A DNA stretch of 64,000 nucleotides from contig NC_086097.1 of assembly GCF_963921235.1 (NCBI RefSeq), forward strand, positions 168,022,001 through 168,086,000, given 5' to 3'. The first letter of the stretch is position 1. The number at the start of each line of letters is the position of its first letter. This stretch comes from Mobula hypostoma (Eukaryota). The translations under genes were made by a program, and so were the position numbers. Positions 50,591 through 63,592 of this stretch are shown in pieces. Below the pieces are notes generated by a model, which did no database searches, was not told the origin of the DNA, and saw only the letters and a program-made list of their open reading frames with translations.

Positions 50591-52590
50591 GAACCGACCT
50601 CACAATCGAGCTCTTTGTGGTCTTGTACATTATTGTCTGCCTGCACTACATTTTACCTGTTACTGAGAGTTCTGTTACAGATTTTTCTTTGGACTACCTC
50701 AACCTACTGATGTGATAAAATGATCTGTATGGGTGGCATGCCAAACGAAGATTTTTCACTTGTGCTTTGGCACAGGTGACAATAGCAAACCGATTTATAA
50801 CAGGATATTCTTTGAAATTTAATAGATCAAGGGATTATACAATCAACATTTCAAAGACATTAAGGAGATATGATAACTAGAACAATTTACCCGAACCAGT
50901 AGTTGCATGAGCCCCTTAGGAGTTAAAACCACTCTTCAGCCCCTACATTAGTGCACAGTATGATGGACACAATGGTACATAGGACTGGTTTTGTGTTGTA
51001 TGACTATGGAAAGAGGGTGCAAAGCAAGTCAGTTTTGAGACTGGCAGACTTCTGTTACTCAAAAAAGCAGAGACAAGATTCTGTATAGATGAGATTCAGT
51101 ATAGATGAGATGGGCCTCTTTCTATGCTGTAGCATTCTAGGACTTTATGAGATGTGGAAACAAGGAAGATGAATTCCTACAGTTGGAGAGATCAAAAACT
51201 GGAGAGCACAGGCTAAAGATGAAAAGGGAGAGATTTAATAGGGACAACTTTTTCCCATCTACTAGATGGTAAGTACATGGATTGAGATGCCAAGCAAAAT
51301 GGATGAGGTAGGTGTGTTGAAAATACTTAAAAGGTACTTGGACAGGTACGTGGAGAGGGAAGTTTTGGAATGATATGGGCCAAACACAAGAAAAGGTGAT
51401 GAGCTTAGATGAGAATCTTGGTTGGCATGGACCAGTTGGGCTGAAGAACCTACCCCTGTGCTCTATGACTGAATGTATAGAGTTGGATCAGATTGATCAT
51501 GATCTCAGCAAATGGTGTAGCAGGCTCTAGAAGACTGAATTGTCTCCCATTATTTATTTCCTATGAAGCTTAAAGATGGATATTTCTAGTTATGGAAGTA
51601 GCTTTATTTCAGATAACTTTGCCACATGTAACTTTACCCCATGAGCATGCGGTCATCATATTTCACAAGATTCCACAAAATAACCTTCTATAACCACCTT
51701 AATGCACACACACAGAATTACGGTAAACTAGAAATTCAAAACCTTGGTGGAATACAAAATACAGACACATCCCCATTAGCAGAATCCAGATGAATACTAT
51801 TGCAGAGTTAGATTGGTTTAAATCTCCAGTAATATGGGGTGTGCTTCCGCCTGTGATTCTTATGAATTTAACTTGTCTAAACAACAATGGGATATGATGG
51901 TTCACTCCGCAATGGGAGCATATTCCAAAACCAAGTTAACCAAAGTTGCATGCACATCATCAAACATCTGTTCATGAAACATAAACCCATCTCTCCCAAC
52001 CCTCCACCTTGCCCATCAACCTCCTAATACCCCTTCCCATCCATCTCCCTCTCCGTTTCCCCAACACTCACTGACAGGAAATACAAGGAGCTCCTAAGGT
52101 GATTCATCTTTGCCTAAGACCTTAAGGATAATGGCTAAGAACAGACTCAGCATGTCAGAACTGCTCCACCATTCTTTAAGACCTTAGCTACCTCTGCTCC
52201 ATTTTCTTGCACTGTTTTAATATCTTGCTTCTCTTATTAGCTAGAAACTTCCCCATGCTCAGCAGTGATCACTGAGTACACCATTCAGCACAAACTTCCA
52301 ATCAGTCTAACAACATTCCACCTCCCTCACTTTGCTTCCTCTCACCAAGGCCATTTCAGATTCAATCAGCACAAATTTCATATGCCTAGAGCTTCTGAAT
52401 CAGCCAACTACGACCTTGTCAAATGCCTTACTAAAGTCCCATGCAGATAAGGTCTGCAGCCCTGTTTTCATCAGTGTGCTATTCAGATACATTCAAATCA
52501 GTCAAGCTTATCATCATTTCGACCATAAGCTGCTGGTACAGTACACAGTAAAAACGAAACAATGTTCCTCCAGGACCCTGGTGCTACATG

Positions 52591-53235
52591 ATTAGATTAG
52601 ATTATGGGGACACTCAGTCCTCTTTATTGTCATTTAGTAATGCATGCATTAAGAAATGATACAATGTTTCTCCAGAATGACATCACAGAAACACATGACA
52701 AACCCACTGAAAAACTAACAAAAACCACATAATTATAACATACAGTTACAACAGTGCAAAGCAATACCGTAATTTGTTAAGAACAGACCATGGCACGGTA
52801 AAAAGTCTCAAAGTCTCTCGGAAGTCCCATCATCTCACGCAGACGGTGAACCTCCAGCGCCGCAAACTTGCCAATGCAGCATCCTGGAAGCATCCGACCA
52901 CAGTTCGACTCCGAGTTCGTCCGAAAACTCCGAGCCTCTGACCAGCTCCCTGACACTGAGCACCAAGTACCATCTCTGCCAAGCGCTTCGACCCCGGCCC
53001 CGGCAACAGGCAATAGGCAAAGCTGAGGATTTGGGGCCTTCCCCTCCGGAGATTCTCGATCGCACAGTAGCAGTGGCAGCGAAGCAGGCATTTCAGAAGT
53101 TTCTCCAGGTGTTCCTCCGTGCTTCTCACAGCTGTCTCCATCAAATCAGGATTGTGCACGGCCCCTAGTTAACACATTACGATATCATTCGGAACGGCCG
53201 CGCACGCTGCATCGCGTCGCCATCTTCTCCTCCTT
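52591..53235 (-). mobile_element. Non-coding retroposon with AAGATGGCG head and (ATCTA)n tail
   Basis: CpG-rich; interrupts another repeat; 3' TGACAATAAA then a short tandem tail; no tRNA A/B boxes seen. Confidence 0.6.
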
Positions 53236-53432
53236 CCTTTTGTGCTAACCACAAAACTACACTAGACTATGTGAGACAGCACAAGGCTACACTAGACTAC
53301 GTAAAACAACATAAAAACTGCACTAGACTGCAGACCTGCACAGGACTACATAAAGTGCACCAAACAGTGCAGGGCAGTACAATAATTAATAAACAAGACA
53401 ATAGGCACAGTAGAGGACGAATTACAATATAA

Positions 53433-54209
53433 TAGTCATAGTCATACTTTATTGATCCCGGGGGAAACTGGTTTTCATTACAGTTGCACCATAAATAAGA
53501 AATAGTAATAGAACCATAAATAGTTAAATAGTAATATGTAAATTATGCCAGTAAATTATGAAATAAGTCCAGGACCAGCCTATCGGCACAGGGTGTCTGA
53601 CCCTCCAAGGGAGGAGTTGTAAAGTTTGATGGCCACGGGCAGGAATGACTTCGTATGACGCTCTGTGCTGCATCTTGGAGGATTGAGTCTCTGGCTGAAT
53701 GTACTCCTGTGCCCACCCAGTACATTATGTAGTGGATGGGAGACATTGACCAAGATGGCATGCAACGTAGACAGCATCCTCTTTTCAGACACCACTGTGA
53801 GAGTCCAGTTCCATCCCCACAACATCACTGGCCTTTCGAACAAGTTTGTTGATTCTGTTGGTGTCTGCTACCCTCAGCCTGCTGCCCCAGCACACAACAG
53901 CAAACATGATAGCACTGGCCACCACAGACTCGTAGAACATCCTCAGCATCATCCAGCAGATGTTAAAGGACCTCAGTCTCCTCAGGAAATAGAGACGGCT
54001 CTGACCCTTCTTTTAGACAGCCTCCGTGTTCTTTGACCAGTCCAGTTTATTGTCAATACGTATCCCCAGGTATTTGTAATCCTCCACCATGTCCACACTG
54101 ACCCCCTGGATGAAAACAGGGGTCCGGTACCTCAGCTCTCCTCAGGTCTACCACCAGCTCCTTAGTCTTTTTCACATTAAACTGCAGATAATTCTGCTCA
54201 CACCATGTG
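53433..54209 (-). mobile_element. Young Rex1-type LINE 3' fragment, same family as 38401-39237
   Basis: Nearly colinear with 38401-39185; same (CTATGA)n tail. Confidence 0.88.
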
Positions 54210-55015
54210 TGGGCAGAATAATAAATGATGTAGATCCACTTTAGACTGAGTATTGAGGAGTCTGATGGCTGGAGGGAAGAAACTGTTGCAGTTCAAAGGT
54301 TAAATTATAATAAACAAGAATTACATTCCGCAGGAGTTGTTATTTGAACAGAAAGAGTTCACAGAAGACTCAAGTACAAGCTGTCGGTACCACTTGGATT
54401 AATGGAACAGTTTTGTGTAAGCAAATATAGTGATCCCTTTTGTCTAACTGGTCCACTTGCTGAACCAAATTAAATGAAGACAAAATGGAACAGGTACATC
54501 TTGCCTAGTCCTTCCATGGGAAGTCAAACACTCCACGTGGATCAGACCACATCAGGAAACTTCCTACACGAATTGACATTATGACTCGGGTGTTCTTTTA
54601 CAGCAATCCAATAGTTTCATGGTCACTATTAATGGGGTAAGTGTTTTAATTCTGGGTTAATTAAATATACCGAGCAATTTTCACATCAACATAGTTATTA
54701 ATACATATCCTCTCCTCGAGCGTTGCTAAATCGTGAGATGAGTCAACTGCAGCTGCCTACATATTTTGTAACATCTCCAAAATCTAGGTCCACAACTCCT
54801 CTCTGTAATACAGCTGTCAACGTTTGCAATGCAGCAAGGTAAATTATTAAATCAAGCTAATCGAAATTCTGCAAGGCGGATACCAATGAGTCGAGGATAT
54901 TTCTGGACGTATGCAAAAGGAACTTTCAAAGAGCATCGGTTTCAACTTCTGCCGAACACTGCTTAAATAAGACACAAATTCTTTCAACCGAGGGATAGAT
55001 AAATTAATCTCTCAC

Positions 55016-55272
55016 CTTCTTAGTTTGTCCAACCAGTGACCCCTGAGTGCTCCCAGTAGATGGGTATCAGCAAGGAACAAAGCCCTGAGCACTGGCCCAG
55101 AGGGTCTGTACTGCCCGCGCTGGGCTGAAGCTTTCAACTGGGGCCAGCGACATCGTAGCAGCACCGCGTAGTAAATACCCAGCTCGCAGACCAAGGCCAC
55201 CCCGCAACCCAAAGCCAGCAGCTTGAGCAAGAGAGGGAGCAGCTGCTCGGGGTGCGCCCACCGCCTGCCCAT
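55016..55272 (-). CDS. MPPE1: MPPE1/PGAP5 coding exon 1 (start ATG 55272-55270; MGRRWAHPEQ...FLADTHLLGALRGHWLDKLR)
   Basis: N-terminal hydrophobic segment plus metallophosphoesterase motif ADTHLLG and the MPPE1-like GHWLDKLRR; donor AG|gtgag at 55015; 257 nt, phase 2. Confidence 0.93.
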
Positions 55273-55560
55273 ATCTGAGCCCCCGGCACGGTGAACGCAC
55301 AGTGAACCACTCACTCACTCGGCACTGCACTCCCCTCTCTCTCCCCCCACACACGGCACTGCGTACCGCAGCTCAACGGAGAGATTCGAAAAAAGACAAT
55401 CAAGCAGCATAATTCGCTTCGATGCAAGCAAGGAAAAATCAGCCGCATGGAATTTGGAACAACTGCACAGAATGAAACGGAAAATATTTAATCGTACATT
55501 TGCAAATGCAATCAAAGGTGTTACGTCGTTAGAGGTCGCAGTTGTTCATTTTGCAAAACA
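55273..55560 (-). promoter_or_regulatory. Probable MPPE1 5' UTR and proximal promoter
   Basis: Locally CpG-rich, non-repetitive sequence directly upstream of the ATG in an otherwise CpG-depleted window; TSS cannot be placed. Confidence 0.45.
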
Positions 55561-56711
55561 AAAGTGACCGTTTTCCTGAAACATGCCATTTCCTTTAATT
55601 ATTGTCGTAAATTCAGAACCTTATTAATTGAAGTAATATATTAATATGTACATTCTATTTAATTTTAAGTATTATTTCACTTTAAAATATCCTACTCTCC
55701 CACAGAACCGCACAAAGAGGAATTTGCTGTCGTCACAACTTTTTGGATTAAAAATACCTTTGAGCCTACTTGAAGTAGTAACTGCACGTCGTGCTATTGG
55801 GTGTCACTGGAGTATCTCCCCACCACAAGATGCTCGAAATGCTTTTTCTCACACTTTCTCATATCCAAAACAGCATTTAAAATAATCTGTGCTCTATAAA
55901 GAAACACAAAGGAGCTGGAGGATTTTAGCGGGTCAGCCAGGGAAATGCACGGTCGACGTTTCTCGCTGTAGGCGCCTGCCTGACCCGTTTAGTTCCTCCA
56001 GCTATTTTGTGGTTGTTTCATTTTTCCAGCATCTGCAATCTATGCCTTGGTTCTATATAAATATACCATTGTATTTAAATTGCAGTTAAATAGTTCATGC
56101 AGTCTTTTCATCTGATCACTTTTGTCTCTCCCTATCGAAGTCAAGTGGAGTTTTTGTCATATGCAATTGTATATGCACAGGTGCAATGAAAAACTAACTT
56201 ACAGCAGCATTACAGGCTCAAGGATGTGAAAATTATCAAATTTGAAAATGCGGTGGGTCAGGCAGCATCTGCAGAAAAAAATATGGCATTAACCCGTTCA
56301 AACTGATTACCTTTTCTCAGAACTCCGGCATTTCCCGTTTTTATTTCAGATCACCTGTTGCATTTTGCATTGCCCCAGCTGAAGAATTACACAGGATCTC
56401 TCTAATGGGGATTCATGAGTGAATCCAACTTGTTGGAATATTTTCCTTGCATTTACAGCAGTCTGGTCTCTGCGATTATCAACCAGATTGTGGGTGTCAC
56501 CAGTTTATACCACCAAACTGGAGAGGTTCAATACAAATTTACAAGGACTTGAGGGCTTGGGATATAAGGAGAGGCAGGATAGACTGGGGCTGTTTCCCTG
56601 GGTGGGGGAGGCTGAAGGGTGATCTTATAGAGGTTCATAAAACCATGAGGGGCATAGATAGAGTGAATATCTAAAATCCTCCTTGGTCTCCTAAGGAGGA
56701 GAGGAAGTTAA

Positions 56712-57250
56712 GAGCAACACACACAAAATGCTGGAGGAACTCTGCAAGTCAGGCAGCATCTATGAAAATGAATAAACAGTCGACATTTCGGGCCAACAAC
56801 CTTCTTCAATACTGGAAAGGAAGGGGAAAGATGCCAGAGTAAGAAGGTGGGGGGAGGGAAGGAAGTGCATGCTAGAAGGTGATAGGTGAAGCCAAGTGGG
56901 TAGGGAGGGGGTGAAGTAAGAAGCTGGAAGATGATAACATAGAAAATGTAAACAGCTAAAGAAGGAAGAATCTGGTAAGAGAGAACAGTAGACCATGGGA
57001 GAACGGGAAGGTGGAGAGACACCAGGGGGAGATGATAAGCAGTTGAGGAGAAGAGGTAAAAGTAAAAGTGGGGGGGGGAGAGAGAGCAGAATGTGAAAAT
57101 GAAGAAGAGGGAAGGGGAAGTGGATCAATTACAGGAAGTTGGAGAAATTGATGTTCAGGCAATCAGATTGGAGGCTACCTTGACGGCATATAAGGTGTTA
57201 CTCCTCAACCTGAGAGTGGCCTCATGGCGGCAGAAGGGGAGGCCTTGGAC
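56712..57250 (-). mobile_element. Penelope-like 3' fragment
   Basis: HEATLRL.. remnant plus terminal repeat homologous to 22861-23330. Confidence 0.75.
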
Positions 57251-58540
57251 CGTGTTCACAATTCTTGCAATTTCTTCAATTCCTAGATAGGGCAGTTGCC
57301 ATAACCAAGCTGTGATGTGTCCAGATAAGATACATGACAGCTTGCTCTGGTGCATCTGTAAAAATGAGTGAGAGTCATGCCAAATTCCTCAAGCCTTCTG
57401 AGGAAGTAGTGTCACTGATTGCTTCTTTGGCCATAGAGCCTCTGTGGTTGGAGAAGGGAAAACTATTTGTGATAATTACACATAGGAACTTGAAGCTCTC
57501 AACATCTTCATATCAGCACACATAAAATAGAGAAAATCTGCAGATGCTGGAAATCCGAGCAACACACACAAAATGCTGAACGAACTCAGCAGGCCAGGCA
57601 GCATCTATGGAAAAGAGTACAGTTGACATTTTGGGCCGAGACCCTTCATCAGGATTGGCAAATACCGTAGATACACACAGGAGTGTGCATTCCATACTGC
57701 TTCCTCGAATCAATGACTGGCTCCATTGTTTCACTGACATTGAAGGACAGGTTCATGCCACTAGGCTCTCAGTCTCTTTCCTGTACCCTGTCTTGTCCAG
57801 CTGGTTAAAGCTCTGGGCCATCAGTCCAACGAGCAGAACTCTGGTGCATCAGTACAAATGAGTAAGTTAGATAATGGATCAAAATAATTTCTAAATTAAG
57901 GAGGTAAAAATCCTAGCAACACAAAGTCAAAACATGTGATCTTTACACCAATAAACATTTCTACACAAAGAAGGGAACAGAAACTAGGAACTCTATTCAA
58001 CTATCTGCAACTTATAAATTGGTAAACTGGTCTATTACTGTCATATATAACAAAGGCACGGTGAATAGTACATTCGTAAAAATCATTTTATCACATCAAT
58101 GCACTGAGGTAGTACAAGGCAAGACAATATCAGAATGCAGTATAAAGTGTTACAGTTATAGAGAAAGATCAGTGCAGGCAGACAATAAGGTTCAGGGCTA
58201 CAATGAAGTAGATTGAGAGTTCAGGATTCCATCTTATCATACTAGGGGACCATTCAGTATTCTTATAACTGCAGGACAGAAGCTGTCTTGAACCTGGTGG
58301 CATCTTGTTTTAGGCTTTTGTAGCTTCAGTCCAATGGAGGGCAGGTAAAGTCCAGGGTGGGTAAGGCCTTTGACTGTGCTGGCTGTTTTACTGAGGCGGC
58401 GAGAAGTGTAGACACAATCCATGAAGTGGAGGTAGGTTTCAGTGTTGTGCTGAGATGTGACCACAGCTCTGCAGTTTCTTACAGACTCTGTCGAAGCAGT
58501 TGCCATTCCAATCTGTGATATATCCATTGTATGGTGCATC

Positions 58541-61493
58541 CAGTGGCGTATCTAAGGTATGGCACGTGCCACTTGAAGGGGGCGCCACTGAGCAGTTTCT
58601 ATTAAAGTCAGACAAGCCATCCTCGGATAGTGAAAAAATAATTTTCTTCAGATGTATGATCTGTCTTTGATTATCATGGGTGAGAAGCACTAGGATGGCC
58701 TTATTGCAGAGCATTGTGTAAGAAGACCATGAAACATTTCTTCACGAAGAAGGAAAGTGGAGCTGAAGGACAGAAGAGGCGGAAGTTGGAGGCAGAGGAA
58801 GCCAAGAAGTCAAGCAAGTTCTTCATGCCCTTCTTTGAAAAGCCCAGAATAAGTAGTTCGACATGTTCCATGGAGTCGCCTGCACCTGCTACAAGTTCGT
58901 TAGAATCTGAAGGTGGATCAAGTACAAATGCGTCACAAGCCGAGGAGGAAGTCAAGTCAGATAAACCCGAGTCTGATGAGATTAAGAGTGAGGCTGCCAC
59001 AGAGAATGTGGACATGACAGGAGGGGAAGACGATGGTGGTGGTGGTGGTGGTGATGTTGAGTTTATTGACGAGATTTTACCTGACGAGATTGAACCTGAC
59101 GACACTGAACCTAGTGAACTGGATGGTGTCAAAGAGCCTCGAACTGTCATACCAGAAGTGATTGAACAGCATGACATTGGACTTCTGAAGTTCGACAAGG
59201 ATACTGGAAAAGCAATTCTGCCTGATGCGTTGAGAACAGAAATAATAAAGCTGGGTTTGAAGTATTTCCAGAACAGTGAGGGGCCTTTCCTACCAATAAA
59301 TAACCGCTCAATGAACAAAACTTGGTTCAAGAGGAAATTGGGAAATGGTCATGGTGAGGAAGTGACTCACTCGTGGCTGGTCTATTCCCCTTCTAAAAAG
59401 TCTGCATTTTGTATCTGTTGTCTTCTCTATTCCCGGTCAGACCATCAATCCTCATTGGAGCAGGAAAGTGGATTCAATCAGTGGAAAGCACCTGAAAGGA
59501 TTAGTGTTCATGAAACTGCCAAGAATCATCGGGAATGTTTCACACAGCGGAAAGAAATTTAGCTGGAAACAGAGGAGTTATTGACACGGTATTTCAGTCA
59601 GATTGAAAAGGAAAAGCAGAAGTGGTGTGATATCTTGACGAGAATCCTTCACTGCATAAAATTCCTTGTGACTCAGAACCTGGCTTTGCAAGGGCACAGG
59701 GAGTCACTTCAGCTAGACGCTGACTCCAATGTGGGAAATTTCCTTGGCTTACTGAAACTACTGGCCATCTTTGACCCTGTCATAAAAGAACACCTCACTC
59801 ATTTGGAAAGTCATCTTGGATCCACGTCTATCTTTCACCGGGTGTCCAAAACAAATTCATCCACGTGATGGCATCCACTGTTTGCCAGAGTTTACTGAGA
59901 AGCATTCGTAAAGCCAAGTACTATGGTCTCATGTTCAACTCGACTCCTGATCAGGCACACTATGAGCAGATATCAGAAGTAATGAAGTATGTGGAAGTTG
60001 ATTTTGAGAGGAAAACAATCCGTGTTAGAGAGTCCTTCCTTGGTTTTATCCAGATAAGCCAGAAGGATTCTGAGAGCTTGGTTGAAGACATCTTGAAACA
60101 GCTACAGAAGGACGAAATGGAGCTGTAAGATTGTCGGTCACAGTGCTATGACGACGCTGCTGTGATGACTGGACACAGGAGTGGTGTTTACCAAAGAATA
60201 AGTGAGAAAAACAACCTGGCAGTGTTTGTGAATTGCAACAATCACTCACTCAACTTAGTGGGTGTACATGCAGCCAAGCAGGATACAATGATGGTCACAT
60301 TTTTTGTAACCATCGAAACTCTCCATGTGTTTTTCTCTCGTTCAACACAACACTGGGAAAAACTCAAAAACACCATGCCTGTGGTTGTTAAGTTGGAGTC
60401 CAAAACCAGGTGGAGTGCAAGGACAGAAGCAGTGAAGCACATCAACAAGTACCTTGAGGAGATACTTCAAGTTCTCAAGGACATGATAGACAATGAAAAC
60501 AAGACCAGTGAAACAAGAAGTGACACAAGGCAGCTGTACAACTGCATGTTGAGTTATGATTTTCTGATTTTGCTAGGATTTTGGAACAAAGTACTCATTC
60601 ACATTGACCGTATTCAAAAGAGGCTGCAGGATCCTAGCATGAACTTCCATGAGGCTGCCCTGGATTTGAAAGCCCTCAGAGATTATTTTTATGTTGAAAG
60701 AGAAGTGTTAGTCAGTGAGTCACTCGAAGAAGGAGTGGGTCTCTGTCAATAATGGAATATTGAAGTTGAAAGACGTCAGAGACGAAAGAAACGAATGGCT
60801 GATGAGTACTCGAGAGACGCTGGGTTAACAGCTAAGGAGGAAATGGAAAGAGTCATAAGGGGAACAATCGACCATCTTCACAGAGAAATGAACGAAAGGT
60901 TTGCTCATTTGCATGACACTGACGTCAAGTTTGGGTTCCTTCTCGATGTCGAGGGACTGTGTTACGGCACCGACAGTAACGGCCTAAAGAAGAAGTGCAA
61001 AAATCTGGGCGAATTGTACAGCTCTGATGTCGATGGACAGCAGCTATTTGAAGAAATTTTGGATTGCAGAATGAGAGCGTCTTCCCCAATCTTCGCATGA
61101 CAACATGTCAGATAATGCTAACCATCACAGTTTCCGGAGACAGCTGTGAGAGATCATGCAACAAGTTAAAACTAATACTTTCGTATTTGAGAGCCTCCAT
61201 GGGTCAAGGCAGACTCTGTGATCTTGCTCTGCTGAGTGTAGAAAGAGAAGAAACTGAAAAAAACTGACTTTGATCACATCATAGACCAATTTGCATCAGT
61301 GAAAGCAAGGAAGGTGCAGTTATAATTTTCATGTAGTGCCATAATTTGTTAATTAAAAGATTAACGAGCTTGACTTGTATTTTTGAGCTGTTATTTTATG
61401 GTAAAGTTATCTAAAAGATGAGTATGAGATGTTTAGACAGGGGCGCAATTTCAGTGCTTGCCATAGGCGCTATTTTCCATAGATACGCCATTG
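58541..61493 (+). mobile_element. hAT DNA transposon (Tip100/ZMYM1-like), about 2.95 kb, both ends present
   Basis: 14 bp TIRs CAGTGGCGTATCTA / TAGATACGCCATTG flanking a decayed transposase. Confidence 0.92.
58729..61325 (+). pseudogene. hAT transposase pseudogene (TTF-like zinc finger, DUF4371-like region, C-terminal dimerisation domain)
   Basis: WLVYS...FCICC, QNLALQGHRES, GNFLGLLKLL, TRWSAR, SCERSCNKLKLI, KARKV motifs; several stops and frameshifts. Confidence 0.9.
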
Positions 61494-63592
61494 AGTCCAT
61501 GCCAGATCTCACAGGACGCCCATTGGCCCCATTTTCTCGTTTATTTCCCTGTATCCTATTCTCTCCCATATGTTCATCAACTGTCTTAATTCTCCTATCA
61601 CCCACCTACACTAGGGGTAATTTCCAGCTGCTAATTAACCTACCAACTAGTGCTTTTTTGGGATGTGGAATCTAGCAGAGCACTAGTAAAACGTGCCAAC
61701 TCCACGGAGACAGTGACCTATCGATAGTCGCAAGCAACTCATTGGCTCAAACTTTAAATTAACAATTTTGTAAAAACTACAAAAAGTTGAAAAAAATCAA
61801 ATAATTTAAAACATATATTTCAACTGCTTATATCCAGCCAAGTCACATGTGGTGAAAATTATAGCAGATTGGATTTGCAAAAGTACATTGTGAAGTTATT
61901 TATAAAATTGTGTTCTGTGCGTTCCACAATGTGTTACATGAGAACTTTTGCTTCTGTCGTACTGTACATCATGGTTTTCCAAACACATCACTGCCAGTTG
62001 TAAAAGGTACCCCTTCCCCAAATTCTGTAGATTAGAACTATTTGTTAATGGAGTTGTGCTGCAAATTAGTCATTTATTTTCCAGGATGCAAGTGGAAATA
62101 TTTGCCATATTCCATTGAACAGAACTCATAAACACTTCAAATCCCTAATCTCAATTCACCTGCTCTTCCCTTCCCTTCCCAAAGGAGTAGAGGGGATATG
62201 GGTTTAATGCAGGTAAATGGTTAACATAGATAGACATCATGGTTGGTACGAACAACATGGGCATAAGGTCTGTGTATTTCTATGATTCTACGAAATAATG
62301 GTGTGACCTCGAGTTTATCCAGAAGGTCTTCAGTTTCTACTGAGTTTTCCTGGTTTTCTTTCCACTATAATTTGCCACAAACCAGTATAAATCACCTGAA
62401 AAGAAAATCATCTAAGTGCAAATTCATTTGAGTTTCCAATAACTCAACAAAGGTAAAATGTAAGCCCCATCCATAAAACTGTCCGCAGTCCTCAGAATGA
62501 ACCAATCATTGATGATACTAATCATTTGCAGGTCTTTAAGGGTCTAAAAAGATCCTCAATCTTTTGGGCACTGGTACACTTTACCAAAGTTTGACTACAC
62601 ACCCCAAAATAAAATGTTGATTTTGAATACTTACAATGTGTTACTCATTTCTCATAGTGAGACATTTCGAACAAAATTATATGCTATCATGTTGAATACA
62701 TTTATATCAGCTCAGCATTTTCTAGATATATTACATATTTCTCATCATTTTGTTTTTAAAAACTTAAATTTTAAAAACTGGTTCAGAATAAATTTTGTCA
62801 TTGGCGATGTGCGGATAAATTTGAGCAGAAACATAGGAGAATTTTTCAAGTGGGCACTGCTTCTGCCCAGGCCAATTAATGGGCAGAAACAAAATCCGTA
62901 CCCAGCAGGTGTTGTTTTTCAGATGGTTCTGCAGTTTCAAACACATTCTTGACTTATTTAATTAACTCAGGTTAAATTCCACTGTTGTTGTGGTGGAATT
63001 TGAACTGGCATTTCCACATGTTCCCTACTGATTATAGCTTGCTGATAACAAAATCAGATTACAGACTTCGGGCAGTATGTGTATTACAGTAACATCAATA
63101 CAGACATCCCACCCTGCAAAAACTCATTTCAGGGAGGTAGCACCCCCACCCCACCCCCGCAACACCATATCCCCCCCACCCCCCGCCGACCTCCAAGGGT
63201 GTATGTAATACTTTGTTTAGTGATTTTGTCTAATCTGTAAACCAAGTTGGGTATATGCAGAAAATGTGACATTAAAATATGTGCTTATATTACATAATAT
63301 TATCATGTTTATTCTATTACAACTTTAAGCAAATCTACTGGGAGTTTGGCCTCAGGACGTAGGACATCAATAGCGTAGCTCCTTGGCAGCCAGCCAGCTA
63401 GTTTAAATAATGTTAGCTACGCTAATAAACGAATGGCACCAGTTAAACTCACCTCAACATGTCGTTTACATTTTAACCCACCATGGGCAATAGAAAAGTC
63501 ACTGTTGCAAACAATGCAGCGAACAACACTGTCATTATTTTTGAGGTCGACTGTAAAGCCCGCCCACAGAGAAAACTGATAGGTCTACTTAG

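Noticed and set aside
55315..55410. Upstream ORF ending 43 nt before the MPPE1 ATG
   Set aside because: The TSS is unknown, so it may not be in the transcript
58701..59330. 209 aa minus-strand ORF
   Set aside because: Antisense of the hAT transposase N-terminus
58729..61325. Domesticated ZMYM1-like host gene
   Set aside because: Multiple stops and frameshifts, and it is bounded by TIRs
61740..63000. Possible terminal exon or 3' UTR of a neighbouring minus-strand gene (acceptor-like ttttcttttcag near 62396)
   Set aside because: Only short unrecognisable peptides result; there is no homology support from the sequence alone
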